Shown piece after piece: positions 28,958-38,892 of a DNA stretch of 59,924 nt (position 1 is the first letter of the stretch; the number at the start of each line of letters is the position of its first letter). The stretch is from the NCBI GenBank assembly GCA_036351795.1, contig JAZBPW010000081.1, forward strand, positions 1 to 59,924, read 5' to 3'. The position numbers were made by a program, and so were the translations under genes. Source of the DNA: Candidatus Zhuqueibacterota bacterium (GTDB taxonomy: Bacteria; Zhuqueibacterota; Zhuqueibacteria; Thermofontimicrobiales; Thiofontviventaceae). Under the pieces are notes generated by a model. It made no database searches and had not been told where the DNA came from. It saw only the letters and a list, made by a program, of their open reading frames with translations.

Positions 28958-30097
28958 TCAATACCGGCCATCCTTCACGCAGGCGTTGAAATACGCCTCG
29001 ATGTTCTCCCGTGGCGTGCCCTCTCTGAATGAGTCGGAACTGCCGATGATGAATCCGCCACCCGGTTTGCCAATCGCCATGGCGTCCCGGACTGTTTTTT
29101 GGATCAACTCCGGAGTCCCCATCCTCACCACGTATAGCAGATCGATATATCCCTTGATCGTCACGCGGTCTCCAATGCGTTCCTTGGCCAGCTTCAGATC
29201 GAAATCGCCAACCGGCGGCGGGGTACATGTTTCCAGGATATCGACACCAGCGTCGACGATCTGTTCCATGGAATGCATCAGATGTCCGTCGTCATAATAA
29301 TTGTAATACGCGTCGTATCCATGCGCCAGATCGGTGTGCGCCCTGATCTGGGGAACAAAGACTTCGGAGAAGATCTTCGGCGACCAGCCGGACGAGAGCG
29401 AGTTGAAATACCAACTGCCGAAGATGAACGTCGCGCCCCCTTCCAGCGCGACTTTCATCTGATCCAGAGAATGCTGTTGAAATATCTCCAGCAGTGTATC
29501 GAAAAAGGGGCGATCTTCGTAGTAGTCGATCATCAGATCCTGCATGTCCCGTGCGTAACCGGCGTTGTGATCCAGGGCGCTGCGGATCAGGATCATGATC
29601 ACGCCTCTGTCGCCGACGAGTGATTCGTACCTGTGTAAATGATCGAAATTTGTATCGACTTTGGGGATGAGATAACGGAGTGCATCGAGATCGTCAGCGC
29701 TCTTCACCAGATATTCTGTTTTCACCGGATTGGGAAAGACGCCGTATTCGCGCCCGGCCGGCGGGATTCTCGTCACGTCTGAAAGCGAACCCGCGGGGGT
29801 ATGAAATGTCCTTTCCACGATAATGTAATCCCCATCAGTGGTCTTTCTCTGCTCCACGCTGACCTCAGGCAGATCATAGACATCCGGATACTCATCCAGA
29901 TAGTTCGGCGTGTTGCCGGAAATGATGTGCATCATATCCATGTGCGGAAGGTGTTTCAGATGCGTCTCCAGGCTCATATCGTTGTATTCCGAGACCAGCC
30001 AGGCCGAGATTCGCGGTGAAACAGGCACGCGGTCCGGTTCTTCATGTCTGATTGTAGCCAGGATACGTTCCCGCCCACTCATTGAATTATTGTTCAT
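28958..30097 (-). CDS. Uroporphyrinogen decarboxylase / MtaA-CmuA family protein
   Basis: RERIL....EEPDRVP, TPAGSL, SP..F.E...P, TPPPVGD, GGGFIIGSSD...TPRENI. Confidence 0.85.
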   Translation of the reverse strand: MNNNSMSGRERILATIRHEEPDRVPVSPRISAWLVSEYNDMSLETHLKHLPHMDMMHIISGNTPNYLDEYPDVYDLPEVSVEQRKTTDGDYIIVERTFHTPAGSLSDVTRIPPAGREYGVFPNPVKTEYLVKSADDLDALRYLIPKVDTNFDHLHRYESLVGDRGVIMILIRSALDHNAGYARDMQDLMIDYYEDRPFFDTLLEIFQQHSLDQMKVALEGGATFIFGSWYFNSLSSGWSPKIFSEVFVPQIRAHTDLAHGYDAYYNYYDDGHLMHSMEQIVDAGVDILETCTPPPVGDFDLKLAKERIGDRVTIKGYIDLLYVVRMGTPELIQKTVRDAMAIGKPGGGFIIGSSDSFREGTPRENIEAYFNACVKDGRY

Positions 30098-30138
30098 TAT
30101 TCGTTATCCAGGTAGATTGTAAGCCAGATCCAGTGAAT

Positions 30139-30197
30139 AAAAAAGATCCACCACAAAGAAGTATGAATATTCGCATTCAAACTCGATGTGATGGATC
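30139..30197 (-). terminator. Intrinsic terminator after the M16C peptidase gene
   Basis: Minus strand GATCCATCACA...TGTGGTGGATC stem with an inner TGAAT/ATTCA stem, followed by TTTTTT. Confidence 0.6.
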
Positions 30198-30223
30198 ATA
30201 TTAATTGTTTCTCTGATTAATGC

Positions 30224-33211
30224 TTATTTTGACAAAGTGACGATCTTCTTGAAGAGGTCCTTCTCTTCTTTGATCTTACTTTCATTACCATAGACACAGT
30301 ACGCGTTTTGGGAGAGGATGTCAGTCACCATCTTCTCCATATCCCGTATATCCTGTGCCGAAGTCGTGAGTATGGCAGCACGGTCTTTCTGCAGATCCGA
30401 CCGGGACGTCTTTTCAAAAAAGTATCGCGCGGCAGCATCGCCTTTCTGAGATGGCGTCAGGGGACGGTCAAGCTGCGCGATTGTGCCGATGATGTACCGC
30501 GTCATATCCCGCTCATCCGCATCGAAGCTATTCAGGTATTCCGGTGTGTTGTCGTAATTATCCAGCGTCTCCTTGAGATTTGGATCCCGGTACGAGGCGA
30601 AGTAGACCTGACCGGAATTCGAGAAGCTGCTGAAACCGCCGTACGCGCCACCAATGACGCGGATCTGATTCTGCAGCCAATCGCTGGACAACACCTTGTT
30701 GAGCACCCTCATTTTGCCGTTCCACTCATAGCCCAGCTTTTTGAAATCATACCCCTTGAGCACATACTGTACCTTGGATGCGGACAACATGCCCTCATTG
30801 GCCGGTTTGGGATCAAATGACCAGTCGACGAAACGTACCTCATTGTCTGGGAGCGATTTCGTCAAATGCTTCAATCCTTTTGAAAATGCCGGGAACTGCT
30901 TCTTTTCGCTGGTGCATGCAGCAATCAGATTGTCCTTGTTGAACAGCAGCGTGGCTGCTTTACTCAAATTGGCGATGACCTCATCAGCCTTTCCATCGAA
31001 TTCATCAACCAGCCCGGTGACGAACCAGTAATAGTCTATGCCTCCGACCTTTTCGTTGAACGCTCCATTCTTGCTGAAGTAGGATAGAAGCCGTGTTCGG
31101 GTATAGCCAAAGCCGTTCTGCTTCACCTGTGAATCCAGCCGCGATTGATGACGTGTCAGAACGTCCTTCAGGCGATCCCTGTCACTGTACTTCGTGTTGT
31201 TCAGGATCTCTTCTATCAGTTCGAACATCTTGTCGACTTTGTTCGTCATGGATTTCGATGAGACGACGAATTTCGGTATCATGTTGTCGTCGTTCCGGTT
31301 TTCCAGATATGTCCTGAGATTCGTATTGAATCCTCCGGTATGGATGTTCAGTTCATTGTCAAGATCACCGAAATCGTACTGTTCCGTATTGAGACTTCCC
31401 AGGACTTCGGAGAGCAGTGCACCATATGGTATGAGTGCATCAGGAAGAACTCTGGCATCGAAATACAGATCGACGTAGACCACATTGTTGGTGAATGTCT
31501 CATGGTGAAGCGTTGGGGTGCCGTCAGTCTCGGATTCCGCGACTTCGTACCACTGGACCTCAGGATTGATGTCGCTCAATGATAAAAGCGGAATTGTTTC
31601 CAGGGCTTCCGGCGAATCTTCACGCTTTTGGTATTCGATCAGTTCGCTGGTCTCTTTGGCAATCGCCTCGAGCGCTTCCTGAGACAGTGACGCCTTGTGT
31701 TGGGCCAGTTCCTCTACCGTGAGCTTGTTGACTTCAGCCTCAAGGCCCGGTTTGGGCGACAGCGTCAGGAGCAGGGCGTGCGTATTATCAATGAGGTGTT
31801 TCTGAATCACCTTCTCGAGATAGTCGTTTTTCATTGACTGCTTGACAACGGCCAATGGTTTTTCGTACTCCAGACTGAGAAATGGATCATCGGCGAAAAA
31901 CCATCCCGAAATGGCCTGGAAGTTGTAAGTCAGCCCTTTCTGTGCGTCATCTCCTTCGCGAAGACGGAATTCCAGGCGATTGATGGTTCCCTCGAGAGCT
32001 TTCTTATCCAATCCGTTCTTCACAGTCTTCTTCAGAGTCTGCGTCACAATATTGAGAAATTTATCACTGTCTTCGGGATTTGCATTTTGCACGGTGATGT
32101 TGAGATAGCTCTGTTTATTTTCATCGACATAAGCATTGACCTCCTTGCCGATGCCAGCCTCCTGCAGGGCGAGCCTGACCGGTCCGGATTCCTGATTGAC
32201 CAGTACATCAGTCAATATATCGAACGCCATGTACGTCGCCCTGTCCGTGCTCAGGCCGGTGACCCAATTCAGTGAAAGATATGTCTGGTCTTCTGTGCTG
32301 CTCTCCTCCGGAACGGCATAGAATGCCTCGACCTTTTTCAGTTCTTTGAATGGTTTTTGCACAGGGAAAGAGATACCTGACTCCTGTTTTTCATACCTGG
32401 AAAGATACTCTTTGTCGATGAATGCGAGTTCCTTTTCAAGATCGGCATTCCCGTAGAGGAGGATATAGCTGTTGTCCGGGTGATAGTACCGGCGATGGTA
32501 GTTCAGAAAATCGTCGTGCGTGAGCGTCGGTATTGCCGGTGGATAGCCTCCGGACGAGAAGCCGAAGGGATTGTCCGGAAACAGATTTTTATCCACATGA
32601 TAACCCAGCACGCGCCTTGGGTTTGAAAACGCGCCCTTCATCTCGTTGTACACTACGCCTTTGTATTCGAGGGCGCTGTCCACATGCATGAGCTCATAGT
32701 GCCAGCCTTCCTGTTTCAGAATTCGTGGATCGTCATAGATGAGGGGGTTGAAAACCGCATCCAGGTAGACGTGCATCAGGTTGAAATAATCCTTGTCGTT
32801 CATGCTCGCCACGGGGTAGATCGTGATATAGCTGCCGGTCATGGCGTTGAGAAACGTGTTCAGAGATCCCTTGTAGAGCACTTCGAACGGGCTCTTTACC
32901 GGGAAATTCTTTGATCCGTTCAGAACGGAATGTTCCATGATATGCGGTGTGCCGCAGTCTGATTCAGGCACGGTCTTGAAGGCGATGCTGAAAGTCTTGT
33001 TTGGATCGTCTGAGGCGATCTTCAACAGACGGGCTCCGGATTTCATATGTTCAAAGAGGTAGCATTCCGCGTTGACCTCTTTGACGAACCGTTTTTCAAT
33101 CAGCCTGAAACCATGCTTGTTCTGACCCTTTTTCAATGCCGCGGTCACTGTGCTGCCCGCAGCCGATGCAACAAGCAAAAGGAGGGGCAGGAAGACGAAT
33201 AACTTTTTCAT
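30224..33211 (-). CDS. M16C (PreP/insulinase-family) metallopeptidase with signal peptide
   Basis: HIMEHSVLNGS inverted zincin, FLNAMT, QEGWHYE, GVVYNEMKG, IRVIGGAYG, SYRDP. Confidence 0.93.
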   Translation of the reverse strand: MKKLFVFLPLLLLVASAAGSTVTAALKKGQNKHGFRLIEKRFVKEVNAECYLFEHMKSGARLLKIASDDPNKTFSIAFKTVPESDCGTPHIMEHSVLNGSKNFPVKSPFEVLYKGSLNTFLNAMTGSYITIYPVASMNDKDYFNLMHVYLDAVFNPLIYDDPRILKQEGWHYELMHVDSALEYKGVVYNEMKGAFSNPRRVLGYHVDKNLFPDNPFGFSSGGYPPAIPTLTHDDFLNYHRRYYHPDNSYILLYGNADLEKELAFIDKEYLSRYEKQESGISFPVQKPFKELKKVEAFYAVPEESSTEDQTYLSLNWVTGLSTDRATYMAFDILTDVLVNQESGPVRLALQEAGIGKEVNAYVDENKQSYLNITVQNANPEDSDKFLNIVTQTLKKTVKNGLDKKALEGTINRLEFRLREGDDAQKGLTYNFQAISGWFFADDPFLSLEYEKPLAVVKQSMKNDYLEKVIQKHLIDNTHALLLTLSPKPGLEAEVNKLTVEELAQHKASLSQEALEAIAKETSELIEYQKREDSPEALETIPLLSLSDINPEVQWYEVAESETDGTPTLHHETFTNNVVYVDLYFDARVLPDALIPYGALLSEVLGSLNTEQYDFGDLDNELNIHTGGFNTNLRTYLENRNDDNMIPKFVVSSKSMTNKVDKMFELIEEILNNTKYSDRDRLKDVLTRHQSRLDSQVKQNGFGYTRTRLLSYFSKNGAFNEKVGGIDYYWFVTGLVDEFDGKADEVIANLSKAATLLFNKDNLIAACTSEKKQFPAFSKGLKHLTKSLPDNEVRFVDWSFDPKPANEGMLSASKVQYVLKGYDFKKLGYEWNGKMRVLNKVLSSDWLQNQIRVIGGAYGGFSSFSNSGQVYFASYRDPNLKETLDNYDNTPEYLNSFDADERDMTRYIIGTIAQLDRPLTPSQKGDAAARYFFEKTSRSDLQKDRAAILTTSAQDIRDMEKMVTDILSQNAYCVYGNESKIKEEKDLFKKIVTLSK

Positions 33212-33304
33212 TCAAAAACTCCTGTGTTGTGTAAATAAGTATGAATAGTAGTACGCAGGAGATTGATAAAAGTTTATATGTCGTTGTAAATTCGTTGGAA
33301 TACA

Positions 33305-34315
33305 TCATCTGTACCTGTGCACCGCCTTGACGAGTGCTTCCACATTTTTGAAGGGAGCGTCATTCTCTATTTCGATGTAAAAAACCGCGCCGCCGCCGAT
33401 GTCGTGATATCGCTTCGCGTAGTTTCTGATCGCGCTATCGATCTCGTCCGGAGTGCCTCGCGGAATGAGCTGCTGCCGGTCGGGATGAATGTAGATGAGC
33501 AGTTTGTTCTTGACGCAGAGATCGAGAAAATCTTCCCGGTTCTCCATCTGTCCGATCTGCGGCCAGAGACCATTGATGCCGAGGTCCAGAAGGTCGTCCA
33601 GCACATGTCCGAGGTAGCCGCACGAATGAAAGAAGATCCGCTTGCCGGCGGACTTCACAGGCTTCATCAGTGTTGCATAACGTGGTTTGTAGATTTCTCT
33701 GAACAGCTCCGGCGAAATGATTGTCGAGCTTTGTGTGCCCCAGTCGTCGCCGAATACGATGACATCCACATCCGCCTCGATGAGCCGTTCGATCATTGAT
33801 GACCAGTATTCGACCATTCGGTCGAGGAACGCGAGCAGATCTGCGTCTCTGGTATAGAGTCCGATGAGGACATCATCCATGGGCCGGAGCGAGCATAGCT
33901 TTTCGAACAAAGAGATCCAACCCTCAAACACCAGAAAATCGTTCCGCTGCTTCAGTATATCTTCTGAGTTGATCAGATGTTCGAATGGTGGAAATTCATA
34001 ATCTTGAGCCTGCTTCCAATTTTTGAACGGATATTCAATGGGGTGTCCATGCACTCCGAAAATATTGTGCTTCCACACAGTTCCCCACTCATCCTTTTTG
34101 ATCTCCCGATAAGATCCGTCGGGTTTCACTGCGCCTTCAGATGGCACAGGGATGCCGTCGAAAGTAATAGGATTGTCCGGTGGATATGCTCTGAACAGGT
34201 CGAGCAGTTTCACCCCATGCGTATGCAGCCCTGCTGGTGAGGGGTGGTATACCACAGGAATTTTATCGGGATGCTCGAAATTAAAAGCGGCGATCATGCG
34301 CTGTCTGTGTGTCAT
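33305..34315 (-). CDS. Uroporphyrinogen decarboxylase / MtaA-CmuA family protein
   Basis: MTHRQRM..A..FEHPDKIP, DEWG, GDDWGTQ...ISP..FRE..KP, FFHSCG. Confidence 0.85.
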   Translation of the reverse strand: MTHRQRMIAAFNFEHPDKIPVVYHPSPAGLHTHGVKLLDLFRAYPPDNPITFDGIPVPSEGAVKPDGSYREIKKDEWGTVWKHNIFGVHGHPIEYPFKNWKQAQDYEFPPFEHLINSEDILKQRNDFLVFEGWISLFEKLCSLRPMDDVLIGLYTRDADLLAFLDRMVEYWSSMIERLIEADVDVIVFGDDWGTQSSTIISPELFREIYKPRYATLMKPVKSAGKRIFFHSCGYLGHVLDDLLDLGINGLWPQIGQMENREDFLDLCVKNKLLIYIHPDRQQLIPRGTPDEIDSAIRNYAKRYHDIGGGAVFYIEIENDAPFKNVEALVKAVHRYR

Positions 34316-34521
34316 AGTATCGATCTGTTTGTTAAATGTGTTTTTGAAAATTAAAGATTCTGAGAATCAAATGCAAGCGAATAGTCAGACATAATCCTCC
34401 GGAGTTGTGCCATTACCAAAATCCTATATCCAATGGACGGCCTTTCAACCAGAATTTTCTTGTTTTTAAATTATCAATGCTGTAAATTGTTATACAGATT
34501 TATAAAGGTGATTTGTTTTAA

Positions 34522-36000
34522 ATGCTCAGAACATCCACGACTTTTTTGATTTCCATTTTCCTGCTATTTTCATGCAATAACTCCGGGCAGGAAAAAACGT
34601 CCGGATTTGATCGAAAAAATACACTCTATGTGAATCTGGGGATGTATAATCCTGAAAATAAACTTCCCATGGGGGAGCCGTTGAAGATGAGCAGGATTAT
34701 AGCAGAAGAGTATATGAAACTCCATCCCGATGTGAATATTAAATTCACGCAGCATGTCAATATGGGCACTTCGCAGGAGGGCGAATGGCTGAAAACGCAG
34801 TTGGTAGGAGGTATTGCCCCTGATATTATGGCCCAGAATGCAGAAGTCGCCTGGGCCGATGTGTCGAAGAACTGGTACATTCCTCTCGATGAATTTCTGG
34901 AGAGGCCGAATCCATACATCGAAGGGAACAAACGATGGATGGATTCATTCATCAATCAGGCGCTTGTGAATGCCAAACGCGCCCCTGATGGCAAGCTCTA
35001 CTGCATTTCCATCGATATTGTGGAAACGGCCATCTACTATAACAAGACCATGTTTGAGCGGCTCGGCCTGGATATTCCGGAGAACTGGCACGAATTCATT
35101 CAACTTCAACAGACACTGCTCGATAACGACATCACTCCCATGCCATCCGCGCAAAATCTCGTTTCGGATTGGGGACAGGATATCATCTTCGATATGCTCT
35201 ATTATGATATTGTCGACAGGCTGGACGTCGAGCCTTCCAGGGACAATCAGAAAGCCTATATGACGCATTATCTGACGCCCAAAGAGGTTGCCTTTCTTTT
35301 CGGCAAGGGATTTTTTACGCGCAGGGATTCACGATGGGTCGAGATGCACCGTATCTTAAAGGAATGGCGCTATTACTGGGCCAGAGAGCTCAAGAACACG
35401 GATACCGCCCGCTTATTTCTCACGCAACGGGCTGCGATGTCATGGGATGGAAGCTGGTTTTCACGTCGTCTCATTTACGACCCCTATCTCGAATTCGAGT
35501 GGAGTATTTTCTACCTGCCGAAAATCACACAGCTCACATCAAAGTACGGCTCCGGTGCCGATGCATCGGTGATCGGCGGTTCGGCCGTTCAGCTACATGT
35601 GACGAACTCGGCATTGATTTACGAGCATCTGGACGAGGTGATTGATTTTCTCATGTTCTATTCAGCACCTCAAAACCTGGAAAGAGTGCTCAATGAGACT
35701 ATGATGTTCCTGCCCAATGTGAAGGGCATTAAAATTCCTGACGAGCTGGCGCCGATCGGCGATATTTTCAAGCGGCGCTATTGTACAATAAAATGGTTGG
35801 AGAGCTTAAGTTCGAAATACAAGAGTTACTGGCGAAGAACACTGGATCTTTTTCTCAATGATGGACTGACCATTGACGAATACCTTGAGAAACTGGAGAT
35901 GAATTTCGAGCAATTTATTAATGAAGAAACTGAAAGACAGAATTGGGATTTCACCGAATATGAGAAGCGATGGCAGCATAGCCCGGCGCCGCTGGAGTAA
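34522..36000 (+). CDS. CUT1 carbohydrate ABC transporter substrate-binding lipoprotein
   Basis: Lipobox LLFS-C; GGIAPDI; YYNKTMFE.LG...P.NW.EF; AAM.WDGSW. Confidence 0.85.
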   Translation: MLRTSTTFLISIFLLFSCNNSGQEKTSGFDRKNTLYVNLGMYNPENKLPMGEPLKMSRIIAEEYMKLHPDVNIKFTQHVNMGTSQEGEWLKTQLVGGIAPDIMAQNAEVAWADVSKNWYIPLDEFLERPNPYIEGNKRWMDSFINQALVNAKRAPDGKLYCISIDIVETAIYYNKTMFERLGLDIPENWHEFIQLQQTLLDNDITPMPSAQNLVSDWGQDIIFDMLYYDIVDRLDVEPSRDNQKAYMTHYLTPKEVAFLFGKGFFTRRDSRWVEMHRILKEWRYYWARELKNTDTARLFLTQRAAMSWDGSWFSRRLIYDPYLEFEWSIFYLPKITQLTSKYGSGADASVIGGSAVQLHVTNSALIYEHLDEVIDFLMFYSAPQNLERVLNETMMFLPNVKGIKIPDELAPIGDIFKRRYCTIKWLESLSSKYKSYWRRTLDLFLNDGLTIDEYLEKLEMNFEQFINEETERQNWDFTEYEKRWQHSPAPLE

Positions 36001-36871
36001 ACTCTTCCCGCTGTACGCCTTTCTGGGTCCGACATTCATCCTGTTGTTGATCTTCAACTATTATCCGGCGATTCTCGCTCTTTTCCGGTCTTTCTTCGAA
36101 TGGGATATCGGAAAGGAAGCCCGGTTTATCGGTCTGGCGAATTTTATCGAACTGGTCCGTGACCCGATTTTTCTCAAAAGCCTGGTCAATATCGGCAAAC
36201 TCATGATCTTCATCGTGGGCGTCAATCTGACGATTCCTCTGATCGTGGCAGAACTGATTTACATGATAAAATCCGAAAAGTGGAATTATCTGATGCGCGT
36301 GCTGTTCGTCATTCCCATGCTGGTGCCGCCCATTGTCATATGGGTGCTTTGGAAGTTCATCTATTCGGACGCGGGATTTATCACGATAATTCTGGAATCC
36401 ATGGGCAAGGATGCATGGATCTACGGCTGGCTCAGCCACCCGAAAACTGCGTTGCTATCCGTTGCCTTTGTCGGATTTCCATTTGCTTACGGTTTTAATA
36501 TATTGATATACTACACCGGTCTGGCAAATATCCCCGGAAGTTTACTGGAATCGGCACAACTGGACGGCGTTTCCCCGTTTCAGATGTTCTATAAAATCCA
36601 TCTGCCGATGATACTTTCTCAGGTGCGGCTTCTCCTGGTTGTGACGACAATTTCAGTGCTCCAGGGATTCGAATCGGTCTATGTATTGACAGGAGATGGT
36701 GGTCCAGGTTACGAGACCATGCTGCCCGGACTTTACATGTTTTTCAACGGCTTTACGTATAACAGGATGGGCTATGCCTGTACCATCGGCGTTGTGCTCT
36801 TCCTGATAATGCTGTTTTTTACATATCTAAACAACAAATACATTCGTCCGGTGCAGGAGTTTGAGTCATGA
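35921..36871 (+). CDS. Carbohydrate ABC permease (MalF-like)
   Basis: FIGLANF; EAA loop ESAQLDG; MGYA. The start may be at 35960. Confidence 0.9.
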   Translation: MKKLKDRIGISPNMRSDGSIARRRWSKLFPLYAFLGPTFILLLIFNYYPAILALFRSFFEWDIGKEARFIGLANFIELVRDPIFLKSLVNIGKLMIFIVGVNLTIPLIVAELIYMIKSEKWNYLMRVLFVIPMLVPPIVIWVLWKFIYSDAGFITIILESMGKDAWIYGWLSHPKTALLSVAFVGFPFAYGFNILIYYTGLANIPGSLLESAQLDGVSPFQMFYKIHLPMILSQVRLLLVVTTISVLQGFESVYVLTGDGGPGYETMLPGLYMFFNGFTYNRMGYACTIGVVLFLIMLFFTYLNNKYIRPVQEFES

Positions 36872-37716
36872 TAGATCCCTTACAGCCCTTTCGTCTGTCT
36901 GCGTGGAGACTGATCGCTTATTCGGCGCTCGCCCTGTTTATCGCACTGACGTTCTTTCCGTTCATTTTCATGATCATGACATCGCTCAAGTCGATATTTC
37001 AGTTCTATCATAATTTCTGGACACCGACCTGGCCGTTGCACTTTCAAAATTATGTGGAAGTCTTCCCTGTCATCGCGCGGTATATCATAAACAGTATTTT
37101 CGTTACATTTATTTCTGTACTTGGAATCGTCTTCCTCGGCGCCTTATCAGGGTTTATCTTTGCGAGATTCTCTTTTCCAGGTAAAAAAGTTTTGTTCTAC
37201 GCCGTCATTATGCTGATGATGGTGCCCTGGATATTGACACTCATTCCTTCTTTCATCGTGGTGAAACGGTTGAATCTGCTGAACACATACTGGGTGATGA
37301 TCCTGCCCTATATCTCGGGCGGTCAGGTGCTGGCGATTTACATTTTTCATTCTTTTTTCAAGACACTGCCCGAAGAGCTGTTCGAGTCGGCGAGAATGGA
37401 CGGGGCCGGATATTTTCAGCAGTTCTGGTATATCGGAGCAGCGATGAGCAGACCGGTGATCGGTCTGGTAGCGATCATCAGCTCTCTCGCAGTATGGAAT
37501 AACTTCATCTGGCCGTTAGTTACCACAACGGATGACAGAATTTCCGTTCTCACTGTCGGCGTGATGCGATTCAGTACATCCTACTCCTTCGGTTCCATCA
37601 AGCACGGCGAGCTTTTCGCCGGATATACAATTGCATCGATCCCGCTGCTTATCATTTTTCTTCTTGCGACGAAACAGTTCATGCGAGGCATCACGTCCGG
37701 CGCGTTGAAAGGATGA
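36868..37716 (+). CDS. Carbohydrate ABC permease (MalG-like)
   Basis: FARFSFPGK, LPEELFESARMDGA, WNNFIWPL, GITSGALKG. Confidence 0.92.
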   Translation: MIDPLQPFRLSAWRLIAYSALALFIALTFFPFIFMIMTSLKSIFQFYHNFWTPTWPLHFQNYVEVFPVIARYIINSIFVTFISVLGIVFLGALSGFIFARFSFPGKKVLFYAVIMLMMVPWILTLIPSFIVVKRLNLLNTYWVMILPYISGGQVLAIYIFHSFFKTLPEELFESARMDGAGYFQQFWYIGAAMSRPVIGLVAIISSLAVWNNFIWPLVTTTDDRISVLTVGVMRFSTSYSFGSIKHGELFAGYTIASIPLLIIFLLATKQFMRGITSGALKG

Positions 37717-37723
37717 TTGTCGG

Positions 37724-38878
37724 TTACATATCCAGTTTTTCGAGCTCGCGCATGCAGAGATAGAGTCCGCGCGGCACGTGAAAACAGCCCTTCCACTTTC
37801 CGCCTTTTATAGGCAGCAGCACCTCTCCTCTGCGATTGAGGTAGCCATACCATTCGCCGTACTTCGGGTCAGGAAAATGATCCCAGGAGTAATCATGAAC
37901 CTTGCGGTACCATTCGATGCATCGTTCATCTCCTGTCAGCCGGTATCCTTTGAGAAGTGAGATCAGCGTCTCCAGATGCACCCACCAGAGTTTCTGATCC
38001 CAGTCCAGCTGTTCGGGTGGTTTGCCATCGATGTCGAGAAAATAGAATATGCCGTCGTACTTTTCATCCCAGCCGAATTCGAGCGTGCGCAGCACAATAT
38101 CGACGCTTTGCTGGATGAGATCTTTGTCTTTGCGCCGCTCGGCGATATCCATGAAGAACCACATGGCCTCGATACCATGACCGGGAATGGTCACCCTGCC
38201 GGCAAAGGAGTCGACCGGAGTCCCGTCGGGCGCTGCCGCTTCGCGCAGGATGCCCTTTTCCTTATCGAGGCAGAACGAAAAGACATCTCTGATACACATG
38301 TCGATGGTCGATACCTGAAGTGATTTCTCCAGTTGCCACTCCATTTCCATGGTCACGTTGGCGAGGATCATCGGTATGGCCAGTGAAATCATCGGGCGGC
38401 TGCCGGGCACCTCTTTGGTATAAATTCCCCGTGGGTTCTCCTTGCGACGCAGGATGTTGTGATATGTCTGTTCGGCAATACTTTTTGCATCAGCATCACC
38501 CGTAGTCAGCGCGTATTGGCTGAACGCCATGGCTGCGAAACAGTCGGAAAAGATATTGTACGGCTGGATCAGCGGAACACCATTCGCGCTCAGTGCAAAA
38601 TACCAGTTTCCCTCCCCGTCCATTCCATACTTCCGGAGAAAGTTGATACCGTGCGTCGCCGTATCGAGCCATTCCGGTCGCTTTTCATACTTGTTGTACA
38701 AAGAAGCGTACATCCAGGCCTGCCGTGCCTGCAGCCAGATGAATTTATCGGTATCGAATACCTCTCCGTCCCTGTTCAGACAGGTGAAGTATCCGCCGCA
38801 TTTTTGATCGATAGAGTATTTGTCCCAGAATGGAAGTACATCTTCGAGTAGTGCTTTTCGATACAACTGACTCTCCAT
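37724..38878 (-). CDS. N-acyl-D-glucosamine 2-epimerase (AGE family)
   Basis: [51 protein letters not shown]. Confidence 0.92.
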   Translation of the reverse strand: MESQLYRKALLEDVLPFWDKYSIDQKCGGYFTCLNRDGEVFDTDKFIWLQARQAWMYASLYNKYEKRPEWLDTATHGINFLRKYGMDGEGNWYFALSANGVPLIQPYNIFSDCFAAMAFSQYALTTGDADAKSIAEQTYHNILRRKENPRGIYTKEVPGSRPMISLAIPMILANVTMEMEWQLEKSLQVSTIDMCIRDVFSFCLDKEKGILREAAAPDGTPVDSFAGRVTIPGHGIEAMWFFMDIAERRKDKDLIQQSVDIVLRTLEFGWDEKYDGIFYFLDIDGKPPEQLDWDQKLWWVHLETLISLLKGYRLTGDERCIEWYRKVHDYSWDHFPDPKYGEWYGYLNRRGEVLLPIKGGKWKGCFHVPRGLYLCMRELEKLDM

Positions 38879-38892
38879 ATAGCTTTTCCTCC

